A stretch of DNA of 64,000 nucleotides from Halobacteriovorax sp. JY17 (GCF_002753895.1 NZ_NJER01000001.1:1114910-1178909), one strand, 5' to 3'; counted from the stretch's first letter, positions 10,414 through 21,113 are shown. Notes: generated from the letters alone by a model not told the origin. Numbers and translations are program-made.

Positions 10414-10779
10414 TTATTTCTTTTGTAACATACCTACAAATCTAGTCTTAGATAGTGAGTGAACATAGGCTGCAATATCTTTAATTTCAGCTGGAGTTAA
10501 TTTCTTAACTTTTGCCATCATCATTGAAGTATTCTTAGTTTTTCTCTTCTTATTCTGAATAGCTGTTACCTGCTCGACAATATAAGCTTCATCTAGACCA
10601 GCAATCTGTGGTCCTTTAAGTAGAGCAACTTTTCCGTTCTTCGCTTTCCCCATCGCATCTGCATTATGGCAAAGAGCACAGTTTACTTTTTTAAACGCTT
10701 TCTTACCTTTAGCAATGTCACCTGCAAAAGAGCTCATTGAAAAAAGCACTACGCCAATCATTAAAAATGTCTTATTCAT
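10414..10779 (-). CDS. Periplasmic monoheme class I cytochrome c (c553-like)
   Basis: Signal peptide, CALCH heme motif, P.IAG...YI..Q, distal Met region, DIAAY. Confidence 0.9.
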   Translation of the reverse strand: MNKTFLMIGVVLFSMSSFAGDIAKGKKAFKKVNCALCHNADAMGKAKNGKVALLKGPQIAGLDEAYIVEQVTAIQNKKRKTKNTSMMMAKVKKLTPAEIKDIAAYVHSLSKTRFVGMLQKK

Positions 10780-10872
10780 AAAAATATCTCCTCAGTTTAA
10801 AATGAATTTAGCAAATTATTTCTATATTTTGAATCTATTTAAAGAAATTGCAACAATTTGCTGCATGCATTA

Positions 10873-11514
10873 CTACTGATATATGTCATATAAAGCGCTC
10901 TCAATTACTTGCCGTTGCTTTAAATGAGATTTATGTAACCAGACAAAGAGCTCTATATCAAAAACTTTTATCATTTTGTAATTTCTAGATATCCGGAAGC
11001 TCTTAAGGCCTCCTTGGGAAACTAAGAAACTAGATACTCTCTTTCTATCGTAAGATTGTACTAACTGATAAACACTCTTGGCCTTAAATAATTTCTCTAC
11101 TCTCATTTTATTTGCAATGTCCTCCATCCATTTCCATCCATGCAATAATCCAAGAGTTCCTTTATAATTTAAAAGGTCTTCTTTATTCTTTAAATGATCT
11201 GAAATAAGAACTCCGATAGAGCTTGATATTCTTGGACCAATTAGGACTCCGGATTCCCCCAGATAATCTGCGTAACTTCTAATTCTTCCGATCTCTCCTA
11301 CATATTGTCCTGATTCGAAATCTTTTGTCGCCCTCTTCCCTGGAAAGTAATCCACATTAATGCATATCCCCTTCTTGCTTAATTTATACTGAAGACTTTC
11401 TGCTAGATCTTTATTTACAATCGGAGAAACAAACTTATAGCAATTCGCTGCAAGAATAGGTTCTACACCAAAAAACATAGAGAAAACTAAAAGTAGAGTA
11501 GATCTTATTCTTAT
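10873..11514 (-). CDS. Exported protein, probable periplasmic substrate-binding-protein-like fold
   Basis: The ORF track gives 10873..11478. The in-frame upstream extension IRIRSTLLLVFS completes a signal peptide, and GGAGG lies 6 nt before the ATA at 11514. P.KRA...FESG...GEIGR and G..HGW segments resemble SBP family-3-like proteins (weak). Confidence 0.5.
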   Translation of the reverse strand: MRIRSTLLLVFSMFFGVEPILAANCYKFVSPIVNKDLAESLQYKLSKKGICINVDYFPGKRATKDFESGQYVGEIGRIRSYADYLGESGVLIGPRISSSIGVLISDHLKNKEDLLNYKGTLGLLHGWKWMEDIANKMRVEKLFKAKSVYQLVQSYDRKRVSSFLVSQGGLKSFRISRNYKMIKVFDIELFVWLHKSHLKQRQVIESALYDIYQ

Positions 11515-11722
11515 CGTTTTCCTCCAGTTAGCAAAAAGTAAATTATACCAAGAAAATCTGCTCCTCTTAAACTAAAGATTTCTTATTAAGAAAAAGGATA
11601 TAAACCATTTTCTATTATTACCTACATAAAAAACTTCTCTTGCCAATATTCTATGGCGACTCACTTTGCGGCTAATTTACCTAACATCCTGAAATAGCGC
11701 CCCACTTACCCGATCGTTTCAC

Positions 11723-11749
11723 TAAAGTTTTTAAATTTAAAACCGATAA
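11723..11749 (+). promoter_or_regulatory. sigma28 (FliA)-type promoter
   Basis: TAAAGTTT-N11-ACCGATAA, one mismatch to TAAAGTTT-N11-GCCGATAA, 40 nt upstream of the 11790 start. Confidence 0.8.
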
Positions 11750-11789
11750 GCCATAATAGGAATATAGGGTTTCTTGAGGAAAGAATTAT

Positions 11790-13946
11790 ATGAGTATTAA
11801 GAATTTATTCTATTCATTTATCGTACTTGCTACCTGTTCTCAGGGAATAAGCGCTCTTGCCAAAGAGGAAAGTCCTAGGTGTATAGAATCTAAGAAAGCT
11901 CTTAAAGTTCTAGAAAAAAGTGTTTTTGATGAAACGATCACTCTAAATAACGTACCTACTACACTTAGAAATCTTGAAATAAAGAAAGCTTCTCTTGAGG
12001 CCCAGAAATCTATTTTAGATACTTTTTCAAATATTCATAAGCAGAGGGAAGATTTTGAAAAGAGATTAAATCCGACAAATCCAAACTCATTCTACTCTAA
12101 GAATATGGATACAAAGACTGCCGTTCAAGAAACTCAAAAACAAATTATTAGTAATTATATTCTCACTTCGATCACTAGTAGTATCTCAGCCATTTTAGAA
12201 AAAGATGGTTTCTTAGATACAAGCGATGAAGGCTTAAAAGGAAGTGAAGAATGGATTAATGCAAAAGATAATGTTGAAAAATTTAGAGTATTATCAGATG
12301 GGAATGCCTACGGATTCATCAAAGAAAGATGTCAAGAATTAGGTTTAAAAGGAAACTCTGAGGATCCTTGTACTAACTTTACTGATGTTCAGGAGAAGGC
12401 CTTAATCACTCTCTTTACTCAAACCAATCAAGACATGGTTGGAGATGTTACAAATAACTTCTTTAAGGCCTACTATACATCAAAGACTAAAGATAATGGT
12501 ATAGGTGATGAAGCTTTAAAGAAGATACAACGAGAACAAATAACAAAACATGTTAGTATAGAGAACTTAAATTCTGAAAGAACAATTCTTCTCTCTTCCC
12601 TACTAGAAAAGAATGAGAAAGATGGTTTATTTGATACTGAAAATCTATCAAATTTCTTCAAAGTAAATACTATTAATCCTTCGATTAAAAATTTTTCAGA
12701 TAAACCTTTTCAAAAAAGAACCATGTCTTCTACTGATAAGTATAGTGTAGATAGCATTAAGAAAATGGAAGATGAATTTGAAAGTGCGAAGAAATGCTTT
12801 ACCAAGAAGCAATTTGGAATTCAAGTTGATTGCAGTGGAGAGAAATCTATTGCAAACTTCTTTAACAAAATAAATGATCTTGATTATAAGAAGACAAGTG
12901 GAAGCGGAGAAGAAGTTGAAGAAAGTCTTAGAAAGAATGCCGAAGTAAGTAAGTTCAATGCTAAAAATATAGTAAAGAATATAGCGCAGAAAGAATTGAA
13001 AACACTAGACCTACTTGGGAGCAGTCCCATTTCAGATGAAGAGAAGTTCAAGCAGATGAAAGCGATCTGCAGCAGTTTAAAACCTCTCTCTCACTCGGGC
13101 TTTGCAGAATCTCTTTGGAACTGTGTTGATAAACTAAATGCGAACAGTGGAACAGAAGAAGGTCTTGCTTCCAAGAAGAGCAAGTTAGATAGCGAGATCA
13201 CACAGGTAGATGCGGATTTACAAAAGGCAAGGGCCTCTTCAAATAATAAGTACGGCAATCTTGTTAAGTATGCCGCTGCTACCGCTAAAGAGTACTGTGC
13301 CGACACTCTTGGAGAATATAAGGGAAGTTGTATTGGCAGTGATGCTAAAGTAACAAACCTTGTGTTTGGAGATAATGAAAATTTTCTTACAAACTTAGAT
13401 AATATTGAATGGAACCTCTCTGGTAAGAAAGAAACGGAAGAAATCCTTAGTGGCGTAAATCAGCAGTGTAGTCCAATATTAACAAAGGCTAGACAAGCGG
13501 CAGCCGCGACGGCTCAAACTTCCGCAAAAAATACTGATAGCTCTATACCAAACCTTCAAAGTTTATGTACATTTGCCAAGAACGATCTAAGAAATCTAAT
13601 CGTTAGAACTCCTTCTGAAGAACAAAAAGAGTTCAGAAGAACTTATACCACTAAGTATAATCGTTTATCTGGCGAGATGGAGTATAAGAAAAAGACGGGA
13701 ATTGGGACAATGGTTTTAAAGTCAGCAGGAACATCACTGCTTAACAATGGTCTCCCACTCTACTTACAAAATTCTGCTTTTAAGAATAACCTTCCTTATC
13801 AAACACAGATGGCGATTCAACAGAAGAACTATATGTATATGATGAATAATCCACAATACTGGAGCACCAGTATGTTCAACGGCTACGGGGTATCTAATCC
13901 TTTAAACGGCTACGCTTCATCTGGTTACTATAATTTTGGAAACTAG
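11790..13946 (+). CDS. Exported hypothetical protein (718 aa, helical/coiled-coil, scattered Cys, aromatic/Asn/Gly-rich tail)
   Basis: Long ORF with GAGGA RBS and signal peptide; no recognisable family. Confidence 0.75.
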   Translation: MSIKNLFYSFIVLATCSQGISALAKEESPRCIESKKALKVLEKSVFDETITLNNVPTTLRNLEIKKASLEAQKSILDTFSNIHKQREDFEKRLNPTNPNSFYSKNMDTKTAVQETQKQIISNYILTSITSSISAILEKDGFLDTSDEGLKGSEEWINAKDNVEKFRVLSDGNAYGFIKERCQELGLKGNSEDPCTNFTDVQEKALITLFTQTNQDMVGDVTNNFFKAYYTSKTKDNGIGDEALKKIQREQITKHVSIENLNSERTILLSSLLEKNEKDGLFDTENLSNFFKVNTINPSIKNFSDKPFQKRTMSSTDKYSVDSIKKMEDEFESAKKCFTKKQFGIQVDCSGEKSIANFFNKINDLDYKKTSGSGEEVEESLRKNAEVSKFNAKNIVKNIAQKELKTLDLLGSSPISDEEKFKQMKAICSSLKPLSHSGFAESLWNCVDKLNANSGTEEGLASKKSKLDSEITQVDADLQKARASSNNKYGNLVKYAAATAKEYCADTLGEYKGSCIGSDAKVTNLVFGDNENFLTNLDNIEWNLSGKKETEEILSGVNQQCSPILTKARQAAAATAQTSAKNTDSSIPNLQSLCTFAKNDLRNLIVRTPSEEQKEFRRTYTTKYNRLSGEMEYKKKTGIGTMVLKSAGTSLLNNGLPLYLQNSAFKNNLPYQTQMAIQQKNYMYMMNNPQYWSTSMFNGYGVSNPLNGYASSGYYNFGN

Positions 13947-13962
13947 ACGGCCATAGACAAGT

Positions 13963-13990
13963 AAAATTGGCGACTATTATGGCCAATTTT
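13963..13990 (+). terminator. Possible intrinsic terminator
   Basis: Inverted repeat AAAATTGGC...GCCAATTTT just after the 13946 stop; the loop is long. Confidence 0.4.
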
Positions 13991-14153
13991 ATCTAGCAGA
14001 AACAATATCTCTTATTCACCCCATTTTAACCTTTAATTACAAAGAGTTAGATAGGTCATTTTCTTTCCTTCTTAATCTACCTTTTCACTCTGTTACTGTC
14101 GTAAAATAGAGAAAAGACTATTTTTCCTAGCCCTAAGAAATTAAGTCTTTTTT

Positions 14154-14180
14154 TAAACAAAGCTCATAAATACCCGAATA
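14154..14180 (+). promoter_or_regulatory. sigma28-type promoter
   Basis: TAAA-N15-CCCGAATA; same CCGAATA -10 variant as upstream of the flagellin gene. Confidence 0.65.
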
Positions 14181-14204
14181 GATACTGAGGAGTAGAGCTT
14201 CAAT

Positions 14205-17200
14205 ATGAACTTTAAAAGAATTTTCAACATTCTCATTTTACTATTCGCCTTCACACTTGTGTCTTGTGTTGATGCGGGAAGTGGTGGAAAGAGAAAGACT
14301 GCGACAGCAAATCAAGGGGCAACCACTGATGACGTTGATGATTCTAATAGTGGTGAAACATTAAATGCTTATTGGTTCTTCAATGGTCAAAAAATTGAAG
14401 GAACAATTACCGTTAATCAAAATGTTCAAACAGTCGCCTACCTACGCGGTAAAACTATTCATAATTTTTTAAATACAGAGAGCAATGCTGCGAAGAAATA
14501 TTGTCTAGTAGGAAGTTACCAAGATAATACTGTGACTAAGAATACACTCAACGTAAGAGCGGTTCCTATCGTCATTACAAACTTTACGACTAAGAGTATT
14601 GAAAGACTTCTTAGAATAGACTTGATTGACGAGTCAGTTAACTCCACTCAATGTGCAGGCCCTGTTAGTGTATTAGATGTAAACGGAGAAGTTGACATCA
14701 CGAGAGCACCAAACCCAGGTTTTTCGCCCACAACGATTTGTCCAAATTGTACGAGTGCATTCACCACAAGTAATATTAGTTTATATGAATACTCTTCTCT
14801 TTCAATTAATGATGGAACAAAAGTAGATCCTTCTCTAACAGGACTTGCTACAACTAATCTTAGAATTAATCCTACTAATACGGCAACAGATCCTGTGAGT
14901 AGTTGTAGCAATAGCGAATGTATTGCCAAAGGGTTTAACTGTTGCCTAGAAGGACAATGTGTTAATGATGCTTCTGTGAAGCCAAATGTAGATCCTTTAA
15001 GTACAGAGTTTCTTCAGGCAAAAGCTGAAGTTGAAACTGATCCTCTGAATTTTTTAAAGTGGCCAAATGTTTACTTTATTTGTCCAAATATAGTTAGACC
15101 TGAGCCACAAGATCCAGTAATCACCGATCCAAATCCAGGAGCAGATGAAAGATTCCAGGCCCTCCTTAAGCAATATAATTGCCTTACGGGTGCAGAAAAT
15201 ACGGAAGGAGCGGACTACTCTGCCTGCGAACCTACATTTGATGATGCCGCTTATGACACAATAAAGAATGATGTTTGGGATCAGTGTGGTTGTGAAGCTG
15301 TTGGTGCAGAAAGAGAAGTGAAATGTCCGGACTTTGGTTTAAAGCCTGTTTTAAATACAAACGATGAAATTGTAGAAATTATTTGTAAAATTCCACCTCC
15401 GCCAAGTGACCCTACTCCAGTTCAATACACTAATGAGCCCGTTCCTGTAAGAAGTGTTCCTCATAGATTCTTTGATACAACAGGAAAACTTTGGGATGAC
15501 TTAACTAAAATTGACAGTGCTTCTATAGTTCAAGAAGGACAAAGTTTTTCCTACACTGATACGTCAGGAAAAACCGATCCTACACCGACTCAATTTAGTA
15601 TGAACGCAATTCTAGGGCCAATGAATGTTCAATTAACAGGAGCAGTACCTGCCAAGAAATTAGATATTGAATTTGATCAAGTCTATGTCATTTCAGTAAA
15701 TAGTGGTTACTACACTCCTTGTCCGCAATGTGCTGACGATGCGTGGTTCTCAACTTTTAAATCACGTCCGCCTTCATATAATGGAACAGGACTCCAGGCC
15801 GTAGGACACTCTACTTCAAGAGATGCTTACGACAATAATACGAATGCAGGAAACTATGAAGATACGATCTTTGGTAGAGCGTGCTGGCTTCCTCCAACAA
15901 TGATTCCATTCTCTCATAATCCAAATAATAATTTAAAGACTCAGAGAATGAATAGGCTTATCACTCAATCAGCTCTCTACGTTAACGGATACCAAAGAGA
16001 TTGGTATGGTTTTAACCAAGGTGCACTCATTGGTTCTTTCAATGGAGTCAATTGGTTTGCCATTGGAAAAGGAAGAAGAGTCACTTCTACTTCTAATAAA
16101 CTCTATCTTGCTATTAATGGAGCCTACGCAGATCTTGCAGATAAAACTGATCTTCTTGTGAATGTTGTAACAGATCAAGGTGGCGGAACGGCTGCGGATT
16201 ACGATTACGACCCTAACCTAGAATTAAATGATTCAAGACAAAACCAAGGTGCCTCTTGCCAAGAGGCCCACCAATGCCAAGTTGATAGTGACTGCGTCAC
16301 CAAATTAGGTTGGGAATATGTTTGTGCGGATGTAAATCAGCATAAATCAAAGTGGCCAAAATTTAACTTAAATGCTGACGAACAAGCGGGACAAGAAAAC
16401 GAATCCCTCTCTTTTAATCAAATTATTTTTGGTGTTCAAGCCGCTTCGGCATCTTCAAAGCGATGTGTTTACAGAGGTTCAGGTTCTGTGTGCTCAAGCT
16501 CTAGAACAGATCTGGGAGCTGCTTCAAAATTATTTCAATGTGCTCCTAACTTCTACTGTGCCAAAATGGATGAATCTGAATTTAATTCAGAAGTAGTTAG
16601 AACTCCTAACCTCATTTCAAATATCCTCTTTGGACAAGAAGCCGATGTCCTAGGTAGACCGATGTATTACTTAGGTGGCAATGGAACTCAGTCGCTTGAG
16701 TCTAACCTCTCTGTAAACCCTGATGGAACATTAAAGTTTAATATTAGCACTCCACCAGAGAGTATTGTTTTAAATCAAATAAAGCATAATATGGCAGCCT
16801 ATTTTTCTAACAATGAAGCCGATGTTCGTCTAAATGATATTGGCGTTTGTAGACCTGGAAAAGATATTACACAGGCAACACAAGAACAGATGCAACAAAG
16901 TAAAGATAGCCTAGGAAGAACTGACTATATTAGCCAGATATCTTCTTGTGATTCTACCGCAACGAATGGAACTCTAAGAGCTAGGGCATGTCCAGTATTT
17001 GATACTGATGGAGATTATGTAAACTCTCCACAAATAGAAGATGTGAATGAGCAAAATATGTGTGGTGGTGAGTCTGTCTCAACAATCAACGGGACACCTC
17101 AATCTGTCTTCTTTGAAATTGAAGCACTAGATCTGGGAGCTCTTCCTTCTTTAGTAGATCCAAGAGTTGTGCAAAATGCTTGTCTAAGAAAAGCAGGCGC

Positions 17201-19304
17201 AATTTGCCAAACTAATTTAGATTGTGGACCAGGAAAACTTCACGCAGAGACGGCGCTCTTCTATGATCAGTCTCACTTTGGTGATACAGAAGCAGAACAT
17301 AAATTCTGGCAAGAAGGACTTATTTGTGGTCAGGCTCAAAAGAAGCCAAGCTTTAATAGTGACAATTTTAACTCTTACGATATGTCTCAGAATAGATGTT
17401 GCCGCGAAACGGGCGCAACGCTTACAATGTTTACCGAAGGTCCGACTTCTCTTGTTCCAAGTAATGTTTCAAGCAATAACGTAGGATCAGAACTGACAGT
17501 TACGAGATATCCACAAAATGGTCCATCTGCCAACGGAAGATACTCACGCTACTCTATTGTCACCGCTCAAGATAATCTTACGGCAGCTATTACAAGTGCA
17601 ATAATTACAGATACTGCGATTGATCAAGCTCCTATCGTTGCTACTGCTGCTGCCCCAAAGGCTTTCCAGTGGAAGACAATTAACGATACAGCTCAAAGAA
17701 CTTGCTGTGGTCGTGGATGGGTTAGAAAGTTTGCTGACGGTACAAATGATTGGGGAAATTCAAGTAGACTGAATATTAATCCAAATGACTTTAGCTGTTT
17801 AAATACACAATCGAAGCTTCAATTTACGAATAACCCTGAAGCTGATTTATCCATTAACAGTGAAAACTATTATGGTGACTTCTCAAAACTTTGCCAATCA
17901 CCTGCTGACAACGGTGGTTGTATTCAAAGACCTATCTTTAAATCAAATGAATTTGAAGTACTCACTCCATCAGCAGCAGGAGCGGCGGGAAGCCTCACCT
18001 TAACAACTCTACCTGATGAAAACCCTAGTAGTGGTACTCTTCTACAAGTTAATGGACTGAGTTCAAATATTCCATATATGCCTACTCCACTTAGACATGC
18101 AGAGAACCTTTCAAGTGAAGGTCCTTATAACTACTTTCATAATAGTGATTTTCATTTAGCAATTAGAATGATTATTCCCGCATACATCTCAGTTCTAGAC
18201 GATTCATCGTTGGGTCTTATTCAAAACATTGCCGCAGTTAGAGTTAAAGATGGTTCTTCAACAACTGTAAACCTATTGTCTCCAAAGGTGCCTATTACTT
18301 GTGATGGTGGCCTGCAACTCGAAAACTCATATTGCTTACGAGAAGTTAATGGAAAAATAGCTCTAGACGTAAGAATTTCTCCTGAACAATCAGGAGCTGC
18401 AGACGACGCTGATGACAGTAACAACTTTGATTACGCTGGACTTAATATAACGTTCTTAAATCAGAACTTCCAAAATCCTGGAGAAGAACCAATGAGTCCA
18501 GGAAATGATCTCTACTACCTTACAAAGCTTGGGCGTCTTGAACTTCTTGGAATACCTCAAATTGTGTATGAGCCACTCTACTGTAATTCAGATAAGAGTA
18601 AACTTGTTGGTGGGATTTATAATCAAAAAACAAGAGCTGGGTTCGATGCAAATTCTTTTGATTACAATAATGTACAAAATGCCAATGGGAGAACAATATC
18701 TCAAGCATACGATATGTCTGCACTAGACACCGAAGCGAACCCTGGAGACCGTGTTGTCAACGCAGATGGAATTATTCAAACTCAAGTATGGTCAGACAAC
18801 GAATTCATGTGTTGTCTTAACTTAGGTGAAGAGACTGATGCCCCGGGGCTCTGCTGTAGTGGCTTCGCTCCAGACCCAGGAAGCGACTCGACAAGTACAG
18901 ACACAAAGAGAACGTGTAAACTACCTTCTGGAACAGATTTAAATGTTTACTTCAATAAATTCGTTTCAGGAGACGGAATGGGAGAAGATCAGCCAGGTGG
19001 CGGTCTAGAAGATTCTGACTTTATTCCTGAGACTGGTGAAATAAAGCTAAACTCTACTGCCTACTCTAAAGTGAGAGCTCTAGGTTCTGCTTATTGTGGT
19101 TCTGGCGAAATTAGAGGTGGAGCAGCATTTGGCTACTTCTACGCAGAACCTAATACTGGGAATTACTTTCAAAATGGCTCTCTAGAAGACAGTAAGATGT
19201 GGTCTATTACTGACTCTAACCTCGATTACGATGATGCCAATGATAATGGATTTGTAAGATTCTTAGAAGGTTACAGATGGAATCATCATACATATTGTAA
19301 ATAA
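14205..19304 (+). CDS. Very large Cys-rich lipoprotein (1699 aa), putative surface adhesin
   Basis: Lipobox TLVS-C at residue 21, dozens of Cys with CC pairs and C..D.DC motifs, GAGGAG RBS. Confidence 0.8.
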   Translation: MNFKRIFNILILLFAFTLVSCVDAGSGGKRKTATANQGATTDDVDDSNSGETLNAYWFFNGQKIEGTITVNQNVQTVAYLRGKTIHNFLNTESNAAKKYCLVGSYQDNTVTKNTLNVRAVPIVITNFTTKSIERLLRIDLIDESVNSTQCAGPVSVLDVNGEVDITRAPNPGFSPTTICPNCTSAFTTSNISLYEYSSLSINDGTKVDPSLTGLATTNLRINPTNTATDPVSSCSNSECIAKGFNCCLEGQCVNDASVKPNVDPLSTEFLQAKAEVETDPLNFLKWPNVYFICPNIVRPEPQDPVITDPNPGADERFQALLKQYNCLTGAENTEGADYSACEPTFDDAAYDTIKNDVWDQCGCEAVGAEREVKCPDFGLKPVLNTNDEIVEIICKIPPPPSDPTPVQYTNEPVPVRSVPHRFFDTTGKLWDDLTKIDSASIVQEGQSFSYTDTSGKTDPTPTQFSMNAILGPMNVQLTGAVPAKKLDIEFDQVYVISVNSGYYTPCPQCADDAWFSTFKSRPPSYNGTGLQAVGHSTSRDAYDNNTNAGNYEDTIFGRACWLPPTMIPFSHNPNNNLKTQRMNRLITQSALYVNGYQRDWYGFNQGALIGSFNGVNWFAIGKGRRVTSTSNKLYLAINGAYADLADKTDLLVNVVTDQGGGTAADYDYDPNLELNDSRQNQGASCQEAHQCQVDSDCVTKLGWEYVCADVNQHKSKWPKFNLNADEQAGQENESLSFNQIIFGVQAASASSKRCVYRGSGSVCSSSRTDLGAASKLFQCAPNFYCAKMDESEFNSEVVRTPNLISNILFGQEADVLGRPMYYLGGNGTQSLESNLSVNPDGTLKFNISTPPESIVLNQIKHNMAAYFSNNEADVRLNDIGVCRPGKDITQATQEQMQQSKDSLGRTDYISQISSCDSTATNGTLRARACPVFDTDGDYVNSPQIEDVNEQNMCGGESVSTINGTPQSVFFEIEALDLGALPSLVDPRVVQNACLRKAGAICQTNLDCGPGKLHAETALFYDQSHFGDTEAEHKFWQEGLICGQAQKKPSFNSDNFNSYDMSQNRCCRETGATLTMFTEGPTSLVPSNVSSNNVGSELTVTRYPQNGPSANGRYSRYSIVTAQDNLTAAITSAIITDTAIDQAPIVATAAAPKAFQWKTINDTAQRTCCGRGWVRKFADGTNDWGNSSRLNINPNDFSCLNTQSKLQFTNNPEADLSINSENYYGDFSKLCQSPADNGGCIQRPIFKSNEFEVLTPSAAGAAGSLTLTTLPDENPSSGTLLQVNGLSSNIPYMPTPLRHAENLSSEGPYNYFHNSDFHLAIRMIIPAYISVLDDSSLGLIQNIAAVRVKDGSSTTVNLLSPKVPITCDGGLQLENSYCLREVNGKIALDVRISPEQSGAADDADDSNNFDYAGLNITFLNQNFQNPGEEPMSPGNDLYYLTKLGRLELLGIPQIVYEPLYCNSDKSKLVGGIYNQKTRAGFDANSFDYNNVQNANGRTISQAYDMSALDTEANPGDRVVNADGIIQTQVWSDNEFMCCLNLGEETDAPGLCCSGFAPDPGSDSTSTDTKRTCKLPSGTDLNVYFNKFVSGDGMGEDQPGGGLEDSDFIPETGEIKLNSTAYSKVRALGSAYCGSGEIRGGAAFGYFYAEPNTGNYFQNGSLEDSKMWSITDSNLDYDDANDNGFVRFLEGYRWNHHTYCK

Positions 19305-19353
19305 TCACTTTTTTAATGTAGACGCTCTCCGCAAGCGCCGTTAAAATTATTCT

Positions 19354-20073
19354 ATGCTCAAGCTTTTAACTCTTATCATATTAAGTACCTACGCCACAGA
19401 GGTTAAGTTCCTTCCCTATATGGCGGAACATGAGAACTTAGGCTGTCCGTCGAACTCTCAGTGTTCAAAGAAAATTGGAATTATAAGACATCAGCTACTG
19501 GGAATTGCCAAGTCAGCTGATAAGAATAAGATCAGCAAAATGCGCTCCTTTACGGCCTCATACGGGGCACTTCTTCCCGTTTGGGGACGCCAGATTGCAG
19601 AAAAGAATCAAGACCTCATTCTCTGGGACTCATCCTGTAAAGCTCATAATAAAGAGAAGATTGAATCGATGAAGTTGATTGAAGTTTTCTCTAAAAATTT
19701 AAATACTCTGAAAAAAGAAAAAGATCTCTTTGTTCCAAACGCTCTTATGATAGATAGAAAATCAAAGAGAGTGAGAAGCGTGATCAGAGGGGATGCTCCT
19801 ATTCTCATCGATGGTGATGATCTCATTTATATACGAGAGAATGAAGGCTTTTACTACGGTCTCAGAATTCTCGCCAGTGGTGAAATTCGCATTGAAGACA
19901 CTCCTAAAGTTCAAAACTACCCAAGTGAAATTGGCTGCTCAGAAGAAGTGACAAGAGAGCTTCTCGCCCTCTCACCAGTAAAACACTTATACCAAGGAAG
20001 TTACTGTAAAATTATTTGGAATAAGAAATCTAGAAAGTATGAAACTCTAGCGTTTGGTTGGAGCTGCGATTGA
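19354..20073 (+). CDS. Exported hypothetical protein with Cys pairs
   Basis: 239-aa ORF, hydrophobic N-terminus; stop overlaps the next start. Confidence 0.65.
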   Translation: MLKLLTLIILSTYATEVKFLPYMAEHENLGCPSNSQCSKKIGIIRHQLLGIAKSADKNKISKMRSFTASYGALLPVWGRQIAEKNQDLILWDSSCKAHNKEKIESMKLIEVFSKNLNTLKKEKDLFVPNALMIDRKSKRVRSVIRGDAPILIDGDDLIYIRENEGFYYGLRILASGEIRIEDTPKVQNYPSEIGCSEEVTRELLALSPVKHLYQGSYCKIIWNKKSRKYETLAFGWSCD

Positions 20074-21053
20074 AGAAGAAAGAATTTTCCATATGTTCAT
20101 TTAACGTAGAAAACCTCTTCCTTCCTCCTTATAGTAAAGAAGAGTCTTACGCTCTCTACAAGTATGAAAAATCAAAAGATAAAGTTGAAAGGCTTGCCAA
20201 GGCGATTAGAGATATCGATAGTGATATTATTTTTCTCTGCGAAGTTGGTGGAGAGGACTCACTTCAGAACTTTGTTGAAGTTCATCTAGAAAATGAATAC
20301 CTCTACTCACTCATGCCAGGCAATTCAGAGCGTGGAATTGAGCTTGCGTACTTAATAAAGAAAGGTACGGATTATACTTTTAAACATCTCACTCATAAGA
20401 GACGACCTTTAAACTTTAACTACCCTCATGAAGAAAAAGAAAACTACTATCAAATGAGTATGGGAAAAAAGAGAGTCTACCCTTCACATCTCCCTTCAAG
20501 AGATATTGCCGAGCTTCGAATTTTTAAAGGTGACAGTGAAAAGCCATCTCTCATTCTTCTCGGTGTTCACTTAAAGAGTCAGCTCGATAAAGAGGGAATT
20601 GACTTTGGAGGAAGACTTAGAAGAAAGGCAGAGTTCAAACAATTAATTGAAACTTATAAAGTTTTAAATAAGCGCTACCATCAAAAAGTTCCAATCATTC
20701 TTCTGGGAGACTTTAATGGGAAGGCCTGTAGAGATGAGACTGATTCTGAATTTACAAACCTCTATGAGACAACAGATTTAGAAGATGTTCTAGAAGTCAT
20801 CAATGAGCCTAAAGAAGCGAGAGTCAGCATCCACATTTTCGATAAGCAGGGAAATGACCTTGGTCACCAACTCGATTATATTTTTCTTCCAAAGATGCTC
20901 CACTCTAAGGTAGACCCAAAACGCAGTGGCCTCTATAATTATAAGAACGAGGAGGGTGCCCCTTTTCCTCGCCCAACATCTCTGTACGAGAGATACCAAC
21001 TCCCTTCCGATCACTTCCCTATTGTCTGTACTTTAAAAGATTTCTTAACGTAG
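20070..21053 (+). CDS. Endonuclease/exonuclease/phosphatase (EEP) family protein
   Basis: SFNVENLF, LCEV, VHLKS, LGDFN, LDYI, SDHFPI motifs. TTG at 20070 overlaps the upstream TGA, with GGAG 6 nt before it. Confidence 0.9.
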   Translation: MKKKEFSICSFNVENLFLPPYSKEESYALYKYEKSKDKVERLAKAIRDIDSDIIFLCEVGGEDSLQNFVEVHLENEYLYSLMPGNSERGIELAYLIKKGTDYTFKHLTHKRRPLNFNYPHEEKENYYQMSMGKKRVYPSHLPSRDIAELRIFKGDSEKPSLILLGVHLKSQLDKEGIDFGGRLRRKAEFKQLIETYKVLNKRYHQKVPIILLGDFNGKACRDETDSEFTNLYETTDLEDVLEVINEPKEARVSIHIFDKQGNDLGHQLDYIFLPKMLHSKVDPKRSGLYNYKNEEGAPFPRPTSLYERYQLPSDHFPIVCTLKDFLT

Positions 21054-21113
21054 AATCAATTCCTTACGGCAACGCACAATGACTTAATCTAGCGAGCTTG
21101 CCATATTTCTTCC

